Source of the DNA: an uncultured bacterium
GTDB lineage: Bacteria > Babelota > Babeliae > Babelales > RVW-14
Direction of reading: 5' to 3'
DNA: 64,000 nucleotides
NCBI GenBank assembly: GCA_963759805.1
Contig: CAVXAT010000008.1
Location: 1-64,000, forward strand
The position numbers were made by a program, and so were the translations under genes. Under the pieces are notes generated by a model. It searched no databases and was not told the origin of the DNA. It saw nothing but the letters and a program-made list of their open reading frames with translations. This document shows positions 18,456-29,438 of this stretch, piece after piece (the stretch's first letter is position 1; each line of letters opens with the position of its first letter).

Positions 18456-20237
18456 ATGAATAACAAAGACAAACACCCCCCAATAATGCTTGTAATCCTT
18501 GATGGCTTTGGATATAACCCTAATTCATCCGGCAACGCCGTGGCACACGCCAAAATGCCGTTCTGGACCTGGCTGATACAAAATTACCCCCACACATTAC
18601 TGCGTGCGGCAGGGGAAGATGCCGGATTACTCCCGGGGTATATCGGCAACTCAGAAGTTGGACACCTAACAATCGGGGCAGGACGTATTGTTGAATCCGT
18701 TCTTAAAAAATTTCATGATGAAATTATTAGCGGCAAGTTTTTTGAAAATAAAATGTTAATAAATAATTTTAATAAGTTAAGAGAAACAAATAAAGCCCTA
18801 CATATAATTGGCTTACTATCAGATGGAGGCGTACACAGCCATGAATCCCATCTTTATGCCTTTTTAAAATTGGCAAAAACTATTGGGATAAAAAAGGTCT
18901 TTGTTCATGCAATTCTTGACGGACGCGACGTGGCCCCCAAAAGTGCTGCCACTTACCTTAGTCGACTAGAAAATGAGTGTAAAAATTTAGGCTGTGGCAA
19001 AATTGCAAGCATCGGCGGAAGATTTTATGCCATGGACCGAGATGGGAATTGGGACAGAACCAAACAGTTCTATGATATGCTGGTTGGAGCAACCACACAG
19101 AATAGACTTTTTGGGGAACCTGGCGCGTCACCCAAGGGTGATGGTTCGACAAGCTCACCACGAGCGCGCCTACTTAATGGCGTTCGTCCTGCTATGCCCG
19201 GCGTAGCCACGAAGGGCGAAGCCTGGGAGCCTGTCGAAGGATGCGAGTGTCAGACGAGATCTAATGAACAAGCAAACAAATCAATTGTAAACCAAACCTG
19301 GGAAACTCTTCTTGAACACGAATATAAATCCGGAAGAACCGACGAATTCGTAACCCCTATACTTATTCAACCCGAAGGCTTTGTTAAGCAGGGCGATGGC
19401 GTAGTTTTTTTCAACTTCCGCCCCGACCGCGCACGTCAACTCACGGAAAGCTTTATCAACCCAAATTTCAATAAATTCCCAACTCAAAATTTATGCAGCA
19501 CAAATCATGAACTTGCATTCTTCATAACTACCACACGTTATAACGAAGATTTTGCAAAATTTAATAATGACGTTTTGTTTGAGCGTGAAAAAATCGCAAA
19601 CACACTTCTGGACATATTTTCCCAACAAAAAAATCCCCGAGATGAATCTCGAAAAGTATTTATAGTTGCCGAAACCGAAAAATATGCCCACGTAACATAC
19701 TTTTTTCACGGCATGCAAGATTACCAAGCGCCAAACGAAACAAGGGTATTAATCTCATCAATAAAAACCCAAAACTATATAAATTATCCTGAAATGTGCG
19801 CAAACGATATAACAACCACCGTTTTGAACTCTTTAAAAACATATCCTGCTGATTTTTATCTGATTAATTATGCCAATGCCGACATGGTTGGACACTCCGG
19901 AGACTTTGACGCAACGGTTAAGGCGTGTGAGTGCCTGGACAAACAACTTGAGCAACTGTACAAAGTTTTTGTTGAAAAAATGGATGAAACAATGTTTATC
20001 ACCGCCGACCACGGCAATGCCGAGGAAAAAATAGATCCAATAACCGGCACCCCACTTACGGCACACACAAAAAACCCGGTCCCATTTATTTTTGTAAATA
20101 AAGGCATGCAGGGCAAGCAAGACACGAGCTGGCCAACCGAACCCAAATTTGGCCTATCAAATATTGCACCAACAATACTAAATTTTATGGAGTTAAACAT
20201 CCCCAAAGAAATGGTAAAACAAAAAATAGAATTTTAA
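18456..20237 (+). CDS. gpmI: 2,3-bisphosphoglycerate-independent phosphoglycerate mutase carrying a 53-aa in-frame insert
   Basis: ILDGFG, GNSEVGH, SDGGVHSH, DGRD, YAMDRD, NFRPDRARQ, ETEKYAHVT, DMVGH, ADHGN all intact. Confidence 0.96.
   Translation: MNNKDKHPPIMLVILDGFGYNPNSSGNAVAHAKMPFWTWLIQNYPHTLLRAAGEDAGLLPGYIGNSEVGHLTIGAGRIVESVLKKFHDEIISGKFFENKMLINNFNKLRETNKALHIIGLLSDGGVHSHESHLYAFLKLAKTIGIKKVFVHAILDGRDVAPKSAATYLSRLENECKNLGCGKIASIGGRFYAMDRDGNWDRTKQFYDMLVGATTQNRLFGEPGASPKGDGSTSSPRARLLNGVRPAMPGVATKGEAWEPVEGCECQTRSNEQANKSIVNQTWETLLEHEYKSGRTDEFVTPILIQPEGFVKQGDGVVFFNFRPDRARQLTESFINPNFNKFPTQNLCSTNHELAFFITTTRYNEDFAKFNNDVLFEREKIANTLLDIFSQQKNPRDESRKVFIVAETEKYAHVTYFFHGMQDYQAPNETRVLISSIKTQNYINYPEMCANDITTTVLNSLKTYPADFYLINYANADMVGHSGDFDATVKACECLDKQLEQLYKVFVEKMDETMFITADHGNAEEKIDPITGTPLTAHTKNPVPFIFVNKGMQGKQDTSWPTEPKFGLSNIAPTILNFMELNIPKEMVKQKIEF
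19104..19262 (+). mobile_element. In-frame palindromic element (RPE-like) inside gpmI
   Basis: 159 nt = 53 codons; AGA...TCT ends flanked by AAT on both sides; homologous to the insert in fcl. Confidence 0.85.
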
Positions 20238-21523
20238 GTTTTTTTCTGCTTGGTTGCCATCCATTTTGCAGATGCTGCAGCAACTCCAAGTAAGAATATC
20301 GATAGAAACGAAAATGATATTCCGAATTTAACTATATTAAATAACGAGACAAATAAAATATAAGATGCCGTGCAGATTCCCAACACCGGAACCCAACGGC
20401 TCAAACCAAATCCAACCACAGATTTAGCAGCATAAAAAGCTGCTACTGCGCTAAGAAGCATCGCAATCAGCTGTGAGAAGACAGCCACATTCATTAATGG
20501 AACCTGAGCACTTGTAATTGCCAATATAATAGCCGTGATAACTCCCTCAACAACCAACGCAATCCATGGGATCTGTTTTATTGAAAGTTTTGTAAGAAAT
20601 CGTTTAAATGGAAGATGATTGTTTTCTGCCAATGTAAATAAGTTCCAGCAGTTTGCGGTAAATATTGAGAAACACGCCCCCAAAATCGCCGCATAAACCG
20701 AACCATTTAATACTCTTCCGATAATTTCATAGGTCGGAATTGCCTTTTGAGCTAGTGGCATAATTGGAATAGTAGCAGTGGATACTGCCCCACCAAGAGC
20801 CCCGTAAACAACAATTTGAAAAACAGTGTTTATGCAAACAGCTATTCCAAATGCGGTTATAATAACACGTTTAATATTTTTCGCAGAGTTGGTAATCAGA
20901 TGTCCAACGGAACATATAATTTCAAAGCCCGCTGTAGCAAAAACGCAAACCGGAACAATTAAAAATAGGCTTGAAAAATCGTTCATAGTAAATTGATAAA
21001 ATGACGGGTCAAATGTAACAAATCCAAAAATAAAAACAAAAAATATTGGAATCATTTTCATACATGTAATCAGATACTGGATTTTACCTCCAATTCTTGC
21101 ACCAAGAATATGAATCGAAATTAAAAAGATCAAAATAGAGTAATCTAGCATCAGGGTTGGAATTTGATTTAAACAGTTAAATTGTGCTTGGAAAAATTGA
21201 ACAAATTTATGCATTAAAAGTCCGGCCGCCGCCATTTTTCCAAGAAAATAACTCCAGCCACTCAAAAAACCGGCCCAATTCCCTATATGTTTTTTGCTAA
21301 ATATATATAATCCACCTGAAACAGGATGCAGTTTGGCAAGGGTGCTGATACTCAGAATCAATGGCAACATGAGTACGGCTGCCGCAAGATATCCAACAAA
21401 TCCCCAAGGGCCAACTTTTTGTGCAAGCGTGGCCGCATTGATAAAAAGCCCGGCGCCAATCATTGTGTTAATACATATAAGCACGCCCACAACCGGTGAT
21501 ATCATATTTTTATTTGATGACAT
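20234..21523 (-). CDS. APC family amino acid permease
   Basis: MIGAGLF, SGGLY, GFE motifs; about 12 TM helices. Confidence 0.85.
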   Translation of the reverse strand: MSSNKNMISPVVGVLICINTMIGAGLFINAATLAQKVGPWGFVGYLAAAVLMLPLILSISTLAKLHPVSGGLYIFSKKHIGNWAGFLSGWSYFLGKMAAAGLLMHKFVQFFQAQFNCLNQIPTLMLDYSILIFLISIHILGARIGGKIQYLITCMKMIPIFFVFIFGFVTFDPSFYQFTMNDFSSLFLIVPVCVFATAGFEIICSVGHLITNSAKNIKRVIITAFGIAVCINTVFQIVVYGALGGAVSTATIPIMPLAQKAIPTYEIIGRVLNGSVYAAILGACFSIFTANCWNLFTLAENNHLPFKRFLTKLSIKQIPWIALVVEGVITAIILAITSAQVPLMNVAVFSQLIAMLLSAVAAFYAAKSVVGFGLSRWVPVLGICTASYILFVSLFNIVKFGISFSFLSIFLLGVAAASAKWMATKQKKT

Positions 21524-21547
21524 AAATATTTCCCTGATTTTTAACGA

Positions 21548-22138
21548 TTACGATCGCCTGCGCTGAAATACTGTTGTCAAAATTAAGATGAAAATTGCTT
21601 TGACTACAAAATCGCCAAGAATAAATGGATATAAACCTAACGCTAAAACTTTATTTGATGGTACAAAACAGGCCAACTGCAGCAATCCAAACACATAGTA
21701 CAAAATACAACAAAACCAGTAGCTAATCAATAACCGAATTTTAGATGCTGGCGTTTGGGATGCCAATTCAAGATCTCGAAGAAACACCATAACAAGCATG
21801 GCAACACCAAAACCAATCAGATATCCACCGGTGGGGCCAAGCAGATGGACTGCGCCCGATCCAAATCTTGAAAAGAACGGCGCGCCAAATAAGCCTTGAA
21901 GAAGATACATAAAATATGCATTTACTGCAGCGTAACCAAAAATCCACGCGCAAAACAGAAACATTACAGACTGTAACGTCACAGGAACAAGATTAAGGGG
22001 AAGGGGGATAAGACATTGCGAACAAAGCGCATAAAACCACGATAAGCACAAACAAAACACTATTCTGTGAACTATGGATCGTTTTGCCCAATTTTCAATA
22101 TTTGAAATTAGATTGCTACCAAAAGTCATGAATTGCAT
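21548..22138 (-). CDS. bioY: Biotin transporter BioY
   Basis: VPVTLQ, GAPFF, LGPTGGYLIGF, PFILGD; start ATG 22138 with RBS. Confidence 0.88.
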   Translation of the reverse strand: MQFMTFGSNLISNIENWAKRSIVHRIVFCLCLSWFYALCSQCLIPLPLNLVPVTLQSVMFLFCAWIFGYAAVNAYFMYLLQGLFGAPFFSRFGSGAVHLLGPTGGYLIGFGVAMLVMVFLRDLELASQTPASKIRLLISYWFCCILYYVFGLLQLACFVPSNKVLALGLYPFILGDFVVKAIFILILTTVFQRRRS

Positions 22139-22309
22139 AAAAACCTCTTTTTTTAGGACCAATCTGAAAAAGTTAAACCTACAGGCAGGGTAACAAAAGC
22201 GCTTTGGTTTTGCAAAAGATATAACTCTGGGCTTTACAAAAAGCCCGCTGGCTTTTAAAATTGTCATGTCGTATAAAGAGGTTTATTAGGCTGACAAACA
22301 AGGAGTTTT

Positions 22310-24298
22310 ATGGAATTACTACATTATCTACTGGTGTTCAGTGGAATTTCTGTATTGGGAATTTTGCTCACAAGCATTCTTTATAGAAAAGTTACATCTT
22401 ATACAAACGAAGACAAGAAATCTGCACACATAGCAGACTTGATTCGTAACGGAGCCATGACATTCCTACACAAAGAGTACTCCGTGCTTGCCGTTGTTAT
22501 CGCAATAATATTCACAATTCTGTTTTTAGTTTTTGATGCAGTGTCCGCAATAATTTACGTATGCGGGGCATTAACCTCAATGCTTGCAGGCTATATTGGC
22601 ATGAAGGCTGCCACCAGAGCCAATGAGCTAACAACTCTAAGAGCCAAAAATCAGGGCGAACGCGCTGCATTTTTGACAGCACTGCTCGGCGGTTCGGTCA
22701 TGGGCTTTGTTGTCGCAAGTCTTGGGCTGCTCGGCCTTGGAATCATATTCTTCCTGTTCGCACAAAATTCGGCATTCAACTTTATTAGAATCATCACATG
22801 CTTTGGTTTTGGCGCAAGCTCAATTGCATTCTTCGCACGTGTTGGCGGCGGAATTTATACCAAAGCAGCTGACGTCGGAGCTGATCTTGTTGGAAAAGTT
22901 GAGATGGGAATCCCTGAGGATGACCCTCGTAACCCTGCAGTTATTGCAGACAATGTCGGAGACTGCGTAGGCGATACGGCAGGGATGGGTGCCGACATTT
23001 ATGAATCTTATGTTGGAGCAGTTGTTGGCGCAATGCCTTTGGCTGTAGTACTCTATCATAACGACATGAGATATGTCGCTCTTCCAATTATGCTCTGCGC
23101 GATTGGCTTGATCGCATCAATTTTCGGGTTAATTTCAGCATTTATCTTCAAATCAAAACTAAACTTAATCTTGCACAAGGCAACTTATGTTGCAATCGCA
23201 TGCTTTCTTGCCGGATCATACGCTTATTTGGCCGGTATGAGCATGGATATGGCCCTTTTTGGCTCAATCTTTCTTGGAGCTTTTTCAGGTGTGATTATTG
23301 GTGCAGCTACTGACCACTACACAAGTGGCAACCCAATCAAAAAGTTGGCTGCATCATCTCAATCAGGCGCAGGCACGAACCTAATCTATGGGCTTTCAAT
23401 CGGATTTGAATCTGTAGTAATTCCCGTTTGCTCAATTGCTATCATCGTTTTTGTCTCATACTCATACTTTGGCGGATTGTTTGGAGTCGCACTTGCAGCC
23501 GTTTCAATGCTTGCAACCGTCGGAATTACAATGTCCGTTGATGCTTATGGACCAATAGCAGACAATGCGGGCGGAATTTCTGAAATGTCAGGATTCGGAC
23601 CGGAAGTTCGTAAAATTACAGATAAACTAGATTCACTTGGCAATATGACCGCAGCTCTTGGAAAAGGATTTGCTATCGGCTCAGCAGCTTTTGCGGCTCT
23701 CGCACTGTTTGCTGCATACTGCCAAGAGGCCGGAGTTCCAAGCCTTGACCTGTTGAACCCAATTGTTATCGCCGGAATGTTCCTTGGTGGATGTCTGCCT
23801 TTCTTGATTTCAGCATTAACAATGAAATCTGTTGGTAAAGCTGCTTGGAAAATGGTTGAAGAAGTTCGCCGTCAATTCAAAAAAATTCCGGGATTGATGG
23901 AAGGAAAAGCAGAGGCTGATTATGACCGTTGCATTCAAATTAGCACAAACGCAGCCCTTTACGAGATGATCCTGCCCGGCGTAGTTATATTAGTTGCCCC
24001 AATTGCCATTCGCTTTGGCTTTGGAGCAAATGGAAAGATGGCACTTGGCGGATTTTTGGCAGGCGCAACACTCACCGGAATTGTTCTTGCATTAACGATG
24101 GCAAATGCCGGCGGTGCCTGGGACAATGCAAAGAAATACATTGAAGCAGGAAACTTTGGAGGTAAAGGATCTCCGGCACATAAAGCAGCTGTTGTGGGAG
24201 ACACGGTTGGAGATCCATTTAAGGATACATCCGGACCATCATTAAATATTTTGATTAAATTGATGTCTATACTATCTTTACTTTTGGCAACACTGTAG
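22310..24298 (+). CDS. hppA: Membrane-bound ion-translocating pyrophosphatase, K+-dependent type (probably Na+-pumping)
   Basis: [52 protein letters not shown] has Ala at the K+-dependence position. Confidence 0.93.
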   Translation: MELLHYLLVFSGISVLGILLTSILYRKVTSYTNEDKKSAHIADLIRNGAMTFLHKEYSVLAVVIAIIFTILFLVFDAVSAIIYVCGALTSMLAGYIGMKAATRANELTTLRAKNQGERAAFLTALLGGSVMGFVVASLGLLGLGIIFFLFAQNSAFNFIRIITCFGFGASSIAFFARVGGGIYTKAADVGADLVGKVEMGIPEDDPRNPAVIADNVGDCVGDTAGMGADIYESYVGAVVGAMPLAVVLYHNDMRYVALPIMLCAIGLIASIFGLISAFIFKSKLNLILHKATYVAIACFLAGSYAYLAGMSMDMALFGSIFLGAFSGVIIGAATDHYTSGNPIKKLAASSQSGAGTNLIYGLSIGFESVVIPVCSIAIIVFVSYSYFGGLFGVALAAVSMLATVGITMSVDAYGPIADNAGGISEMSGFGPEVRKITDKLDSLGNMTAALGKGFAIGSAAFAALALFAAYCQEAGVPSLDLLNPIVIAGMFLGGCLPFLISALTMKSVGKAAWKMVEEVRRQFKKIPGLMEGKAEADYDRCIQISTNAALYEMILPGVVILVAPIAIRFGFGANGKMALGGFLAGATLTGIVLALTMANAGGAWDNAKKYIEAGNFGGKGSPAHKAAVVGDTVGDPFKDTSGPSLNILIKLMSILSLLLATL

Positions 24299-24331
24299 AA
24301 TAACAAAACAGTTTAAATTTATAGTTTTTTT

Positions 24332-24367
24332 GCCGATCATCGTAAAAAACACGATGGTCGGCTTTTT
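24332..24367 (+). terminator. Rho-independent terminator after hppA
   Basis: GCCGATCATCGT-loop-ACGATGGTCGGC followed by TTTTT. Confidence 0.8.
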
Positions 24368-24489
24368 GTCCCTCAAAAACAGCTGTTTGTGGCATTTTTT
24401 AAGCCTATTTTTACTAATTTATTATTTCTGTTAGTATATGAAGTATATTTCTGCATTATAACAAATCAGTATTTTTCGGAGGTTACATC

Positions 24490-26115
24490 GTGAGTCAATT
24501 AAGTAAATTTTTTAGAATTAGGCTGTTTATAATAGCGTTCACTTTATCCTGCGGTGCCTGCTTGTGTCCTATGGGCATCAAATCCATGCACCCTATGGAT
24601 TTACAAAATCCACTCGAAGATCTATATGATAAAACTTTTTTGGAAACAATAACGTTTGATAGCTGGTTCCATACACAACAACATCCCACAACGCTTCTGA
24701 GAATACTAAAATTATTCAACAACACACAGGCTGAATATTTAAGAAACAACGAGCTTTGGGCAAAACAGCATACAGATGGACATTGGGTAAATCAAGCGCC
24801 AGTTGAGATAATAGATGACTTAATGTCTGGCAGTATTAAAATAAACATGGAAGACTCTTCACCCCCACCATTTTTGCCATTTCTTGCCAAATGCATAATA
24901 CCACAAGGTATGTTTGTAATTGACATCGGGGATTTACATGGAAACTTTGAAGCTAGTGAAGCAATTCTTAAAAAAATGCGTGTACGTAACATGCTTAAAC
25001 CCTCTATGGAGCTAGATGAACGAATTAAATTAGTCTTTCTTGGCGATTACATGGATAGAGGCCCACAGTCGTTAAAGGTACTTGCAACTGCAGCTCTTCT
25101 TAGTTTAAAAAATCCTGGACAAGTTATTATGCTCAGAGGAAATCATGAGAATATTGCTTTCAACCTAGCCCCAAACAATTACCCTCACAATATTGCTTTC
25201 GAAATCAATGCAATGGGTACAACGCAGGAAACCACTTGCGCAATTATAGAAGAACTTTCAAAATTGTACGAAATTCTCCCAGTTGGGGCATTCATTGGAT
25301 ACCAAGAATCAGTCAAGCCTACAGAATTCTTTTTCCATGTTCATGGATGTATCGATATAAGAATATCTTGTAAAGGTTTTTTAGAATATTACGCAAGAAA
25401 TTTATCTCAAAATTGTGGAACAAAATTCTGGAAACTTGAATTTGAAAACATCATGACTCCAATGAACTTAATTGATTATTATGCCGATATAATTCCAGAC
25501 ATTCAAACTACAATATCTAATTTTTCTCAAGCATGGTTAAATCCAAATCCGGCATTTGGATTTTTGTGGAATGACGTATCCCTACAAACACAATGTCCTT
25601 TATTTGCAGGGGACAGAGGGGAAGATGTAATAAGCCTGAATCCTTATATAATTAAAAAATACTTCGAAAAAAACAACTCAGATAATGTAAAAATCTGTGG
25701 AATAATAAGAGCACATCAACATCACCTACCTAAAATTAGGCATGCCGTACTATCTGCAAATAAATCCAAAAGTCCTGTAGATTTAATAAATAGAGTAGAC
25801 AGTCCAAAGTTTTTTGATCATGCTCGTTATTTTACAAAAATTTGCCCTGAAATAAGTCCTGCCTGCTTAATGATATCCATTTCCCCGAACCACGAAGCTG
25901 ATTACAATGAAATTGGTGACGAAACTGATTACCCCTTTGCCTACAACTTTATTGAAGCCTCCACCAAAACAGGTATTGTTCTCAACCCTGATTTTTCCAT
26001 AATTACTTTAATGAGCGCTCCAATAATGCTTGAAAATAAAATAACAATGTCATACCCTCCAACATTTTTATTTTTGGGCCAACATAATGGTGGGAATATA
26101 GTAAGAGTTTATTAA
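24490..26115 (+). CDS. Secreted PPP-family (calcineurin-like) Ser/Thr phosphatase
   Basis: GDLHG, GDYMDRG, LRGNHE, HG, LWND, RAHQ; N-terminal hydrophobic signal. Confidence 0.85.
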   Translation: MSQLSKFFRIRLFIIAFTLSCGACLCPMGIKSMHPMDLQNPLEDLYDKTFLETITFDSWFHTQQHPTTLLRILKLFNNTQAEYLRNNELWAKQHTDGHWVNQAPVEIIDDLMSGSIKINMEDSSPPPFLPFLAKCIIPQGMFVIDIGDLHGNFEASEAILKKMRVRNMLKPSMELDERIKLVFLGDYMDRGPQSLKVLATAALLSLKNPGQVIMLRGNHENIAFNLAPNNYPHNIAFEINAMGTTQETTCAIIEELSKLYEILPVGAFIGYQESVKPTEFFFHVHGCIDIRISCKGFLEYYARNLSQNCGTKFWKLEFENIMTPMNLIDYYADIIPDIQTTISNFSQAWLNPNPAFGFLWNDVSLQTQCPLFAGDRGEDVISLNPYIIKKYFEKNNSDNVKICGIIRAHQHHLPKIRHAVLSANKSKSPVDLINRVDSPKFFDHARYFTKICPEISPACLMISISPNHEADYNEIGDETDYPFAYNFIEASTKTGIVLNPDFSIITLMSAPIMLENKITMSYPPTFLFLGQHNGGNIVRVY

Positions 26116-26145
26116 AATCACAAGTCATAACGCCCCAGGCTTAAT

Positions 26146-27627
26146 ATGAAAACAAATTTTAAACTATTCAGTTTGGTCTTTATTTTGCTCATTAGCACAG
26201 CAGCATATTCTATGGAATCAAGAAGTATATCCGAGCATATACAAATTCAAGCCTTTTTAAACGGTATAAATCTTGCAAACTGGCTTGATACCCCACAAAA
26301 TGCAGAGACCACGCTCAGAGTACTAAAAATATTTAATAATACAATGGCCGGATGGTTAAATAACAATGAAATTTGGATAAATCAGGCTCCCAACGAACTA
26401 AAGGAGATAAAAGATATAATATTCGGATTAAGATTAGGCGGAATCAAAGTTCCGTTACACCTTTCCCCTGAAGGATTTTCTCAGCATATTCCAAATATAC
26501 CCTATCTTGCGAAATGGATCATCCCACAGGACAATGATGTTATTACGATTGGGGATTTGCATGGGGATTTTGAAGCATTAAAAACAATTATTAAGTCAAT
26601 TCATATGGATAGCCATACCAAGATTGTATTTCTTGGGGATTTCATGGACCGTGGTTGTAGCTCATTAAAAGTATTTACCACAGCAGCGCTTATTGCCCTA
26701 AAATATCCCGGCCAAGTACTAATGCTCCGAGGAAATCATGAATACATCGATACCAATTTAGATACATACGGCCTAGAATCAGAAATTAGAGCAATTGGTG
26801 CATCAGATGAAACGGTATACGGTATCATAGATGAGCTCTCAAAATCTTATGATTTTCTTCCTGTTGGAGCATTTATTGGACAACAGGGCACACTACCAAC
26901 AAAATTCATCTTTCATGCACACGGCTGTGTTGATATAAGAATAAATTGCAAAGATCTTCTAGAATCAGATGCAAACAATTTGTCACAAAATGGCGGAATT
27001 AAATTATGGAAATTTGGACCTGAGAACATAATGACAGAACCTGAAAAACTAATTAGATTTTATAAAGATATTGTTCCAAATTTAGGTAATTTAATGAAGG
27101 ATCTTACGGAAGTTGCGCAAGCCCTAACAAATACAAATCCAATATCTGGCTTGCTGTGGAGTGATATATCTTGCTACTCGAAACATCTTTTATACAGAAG
27201 CGCACGCGGAGAAAATATAATCGATATAGATATCAATATGGTAAAAAAATATTTAGAAAATTATAACTCGGATAATGTGAAGGTTTGTGGAATGATCAGA
27301 GCACATCAACATAATTTTTCCAAAGAGATTTATAACTTTTTGCATGAAAATTCATCAAATCTGAAGCATGTTTGCAGAAAAATCACACCAGCCTGTCTTG
27401 TTACAGCTCCGGCACCCACCGGAAGCAGCGTTCTATTACTGGAAAATTGCAATCTGATAAAATTTAACAATAATTTTTGGGTAGCAACCTTGATAAGCGC
27501 ACCAATAATAGAAAACAAATATATACAAATATTATATCCGCCAACATTCTTACGCTTAAGGTTTAATCCATCCTCCGGTCAGCACGAAATTCAGGCCATT
27601 TTTAATACAGAATTATTGCAAAATTAA
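26146..27627 (+). CDS. Secreted PPP-family Ser/Thr phosphatase, tandem paralog
   Basis: GDLHG, GDFMDRG, LRGNHE, LWSD, RAHQ; signal peptide; co-linear with the upstream paralog. Confidence 0.85.
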   Translation: MKTNFKLFSLVFILLISTAAYSMESRSISEHIQIQAFLNGINLANWLDTPQNAETTLRVLKIFNNTMAGWLNNNEIWINQAPNELKEIKDIIFGLRLGGIKVPLHLSPEGFSQHIPNIPYLAKWIIPQDNDVITIGDLHGDFEALKTIIKSIHMDSHTKIVFLGDFMDRGCSSLKVFTTAALIALKYPGQVLMLRGNHEYIDTNLDTYGLESEIRAIGASDETVYGIIDELSKSYDFLPVGAFIGQQGTLPTKFIFHAHGCVDIRINCKDLLESDANNLSQNGGIKLWKFGPENIMTEPEKLIRFYKDIVPNLGNLMKDLTEVAQALTNTNPISGLLWSDISCYSKHLLYRSARGENIIDIDINMVKKYLENYNSDNVKVCGMIRAHQHNFSKEIYNFLHENSSNLKHVCRKITPACLVTAPAPTGSSVLLLENCNLIKFNNNFWVATLISAPIIENKYIQILYPPTFLRLRFNPSSGQHEIQAIFNTELLQN

Positions 27628-28448
27628 AATGATTTAACCTGTTTTTGTTGTTGATTGTTCTTTACAAATAAAGCATCACCAAACCAAATATTACTATGAT
27701 TTATACCAACAAGCTTAAAACCCTTCGTCCTTAACCATTTGGTAAATTCTTTAAACTGCGCCTGATTTTTGTACGCCTCAACAAATTCAACCTCTGTTAA
27801 GATGACTGATACCGTACTCAACATTCTTGGTGACGAATTTAAGGCAAGAAGCTCTGCACCCTGCAAATCAAGCCAAAGCATATCGATTTTTTCGATATTA
27901 TTATCAGATGCCCATTGATCAATTGTTATAGTATCAACCTCAATTTTCCCATTAAATACAACGTATGGGGCATAGGTTAAATGTTTTTTGGGTTCCAAAA
28001 GCGAGCTGGATTGAGATGGTTCATTTGGAGTTTCGCATTGTCCGGATACAAAAAAATTTGCCTTTCCTGTTTTGTCGCTAAGCGCAATATTATAAGTTTT
28101 TATATTTTTATAATTATTTGTTTTTTCAACAACAGTTTTATAGTGCTGTGGAATGGGTTCAAATGAATGCAGCAATCCTGCAGGCCAAAATTTTACAAGG
28201 GTTACACTTTCGTCACCCAAATAAGCTCCAGCTTCAAGTATTACTGGATCTTCAGGCAAATATTTGGCAGCTAAACCTAACGCATTTATCGGATGATTAA
28301 ATTTTTTTATATTTCGATAAAATAAAAAAAATTTAACTCTTTGATAAAGAGACAATGATAAAAAACTCATTTTTTGATAAATCCTGACAACCGCCATTCT
28401 TGGATTTTTTACAAAGTTCCACATTTTTTTGGAATTCATTTTGCTCAT
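27624..28448 (-). CDS. FkbM family methyltransferase
   Basis: EAGAYLG, SFEP, LWLDLQGAEL. Confidence 0.85.
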   Translation of the reverse strand: MSKMNSKKMWNFVKNPRMAVVRIYQKMSFLSLSLYQRVKFFLFYRNIKKFNHPINALGLAAKYLPEDPVILEAGAYLGDESVTLVKFWPAGLLHSFEPIPQHYKTVVEKTNNYKNIKTYNIALSDKTGKANFFVSGQCETPNEPSQSSSLLEPKKHLTYAPYVVFNGKIEVDTITIDQWASDNNIEKIDMLWLDLQGAELLALNSSPRMLSTVSVILTEVEFVEAYKNQAQFKEFTKWLRTKGFKLVGINHSNIWFGDALFVKNNQQQKQVKSF

Positions 28449-28661
28449 GCTATATCCCTTGATACTTTAATTTATACAATTTTATGCTCAGTTAATAATA
28501 ATGTTAATAAGCTGTCAAATTAAATCTTTAGGAGAAAGTATTAAGAAAATTCAAACGAGAAAGGCTTTTTTAGTTGTCGAACTGGCGTTAATTTTATGGT
28601 AGACTTTGACAATCGTTTGAATCTTTTTCTTATCTGAATGTTAATGTGAAAGGAGTTCCAT

Positions 28662-29438
28662 ATGTATGCTTTTAGAACAATATTTTTAAAGTTATTAAGG
28701 AAGTTTAATTTTTATTTACCAGCCTCAACAAATAAAGCTGCTAGCGATACCATTGAATATTTTATTGGCTTATTTTGCAAGGCCGGGGGGCTTGTGTTTG
28801 ATATTGGTGCAAATGCTGGGATAAAAACAGAATGCTATCTTTCACAAGGAGCGTGTGTCATTAGTGTTGAACCCCAGTCCAAATGCATAAAAATAATGAA
28901 ACGAAAATTTAGAAAAAATAAAAATATTACCATAGTTGAAAAGGCTATTGATGAAAAGTGTGGTACATTGGATATGTATATTTGTATCAGTGATCCCGAT
29001 GCTTCGATATCTACTTTTTCAGATAAATGGATTAATGAGGGTAGATTTTCTAAGCATCATAAATGGGACAAACGAGCCAAAGTAGAAACCACGACACTTG
29101 ATGAGCTGATAAAACTTTATGGGATTCCAAATTTTTGTAAAATTGATGTCGAGGGTTTTGAGGTACAAGTATTAAAAGGCCTTTCAAAACAAATTCCGCT
29201 TCTATCATTTGAATTTACTATTGAATTTATTAATGATGCAGAAAAATGCATGGATATTTTAAATAAATTAGGAAACTATGCTTATAATATTGGGTTTGGG
29301 TTGGATGCAAAATTCGCATTAGAAAAATGGCAATCAAGTAAGGATATCCTAGAAGCGATATCAGAATATTCTAAAACACATCCAAAGGCATGGGGAGATA
29401 TCTATGCTTTTGTATTAGAGTCTTTATATGCTAAATAG
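28662..29438 (+). CDS. FkbM family methyltransferase
   Basis: FDIGANAG, VEPQ, TTLD, KIDVEGFE. Confidence 0.9.
   Translation: MYAFRTIFLKLLRKFNFYLPASTNKAASDTIEYFIGLFCKAGGLVFDIGANAGIKTECYLSQGACVISVEPQSKCIKIMKRKFRKNKNITIVEKAIDEKCGTLDMYICISDPDASISTFSDKWINEGRFSKHHKWDKRAKVETTTLDELIKLYGIPNFCKIDVEGFEVQVLKGLSKQIPLLSFEFTIEFINDAEKCMDILNKLGNYAYNIGFGLDAKFALEKWQSSKDILEAISEYSKTHPKAWGDIYAFVLESLYAK

Noticed and set aside
19104..19262. Intein or self-splicing intron in gpmI or fcl
   Set aside because: No intein ends (Cys/Ser start, His-Asn end), far too short, and the sequence is explained by DNA palindromes also found intergenically.
22139..22309. Riboswitch or ncRNA between bioY and hppA
   Set aside because: No recognisable aptamer or structured RNA motif; it looks like a plain divergent promoter.
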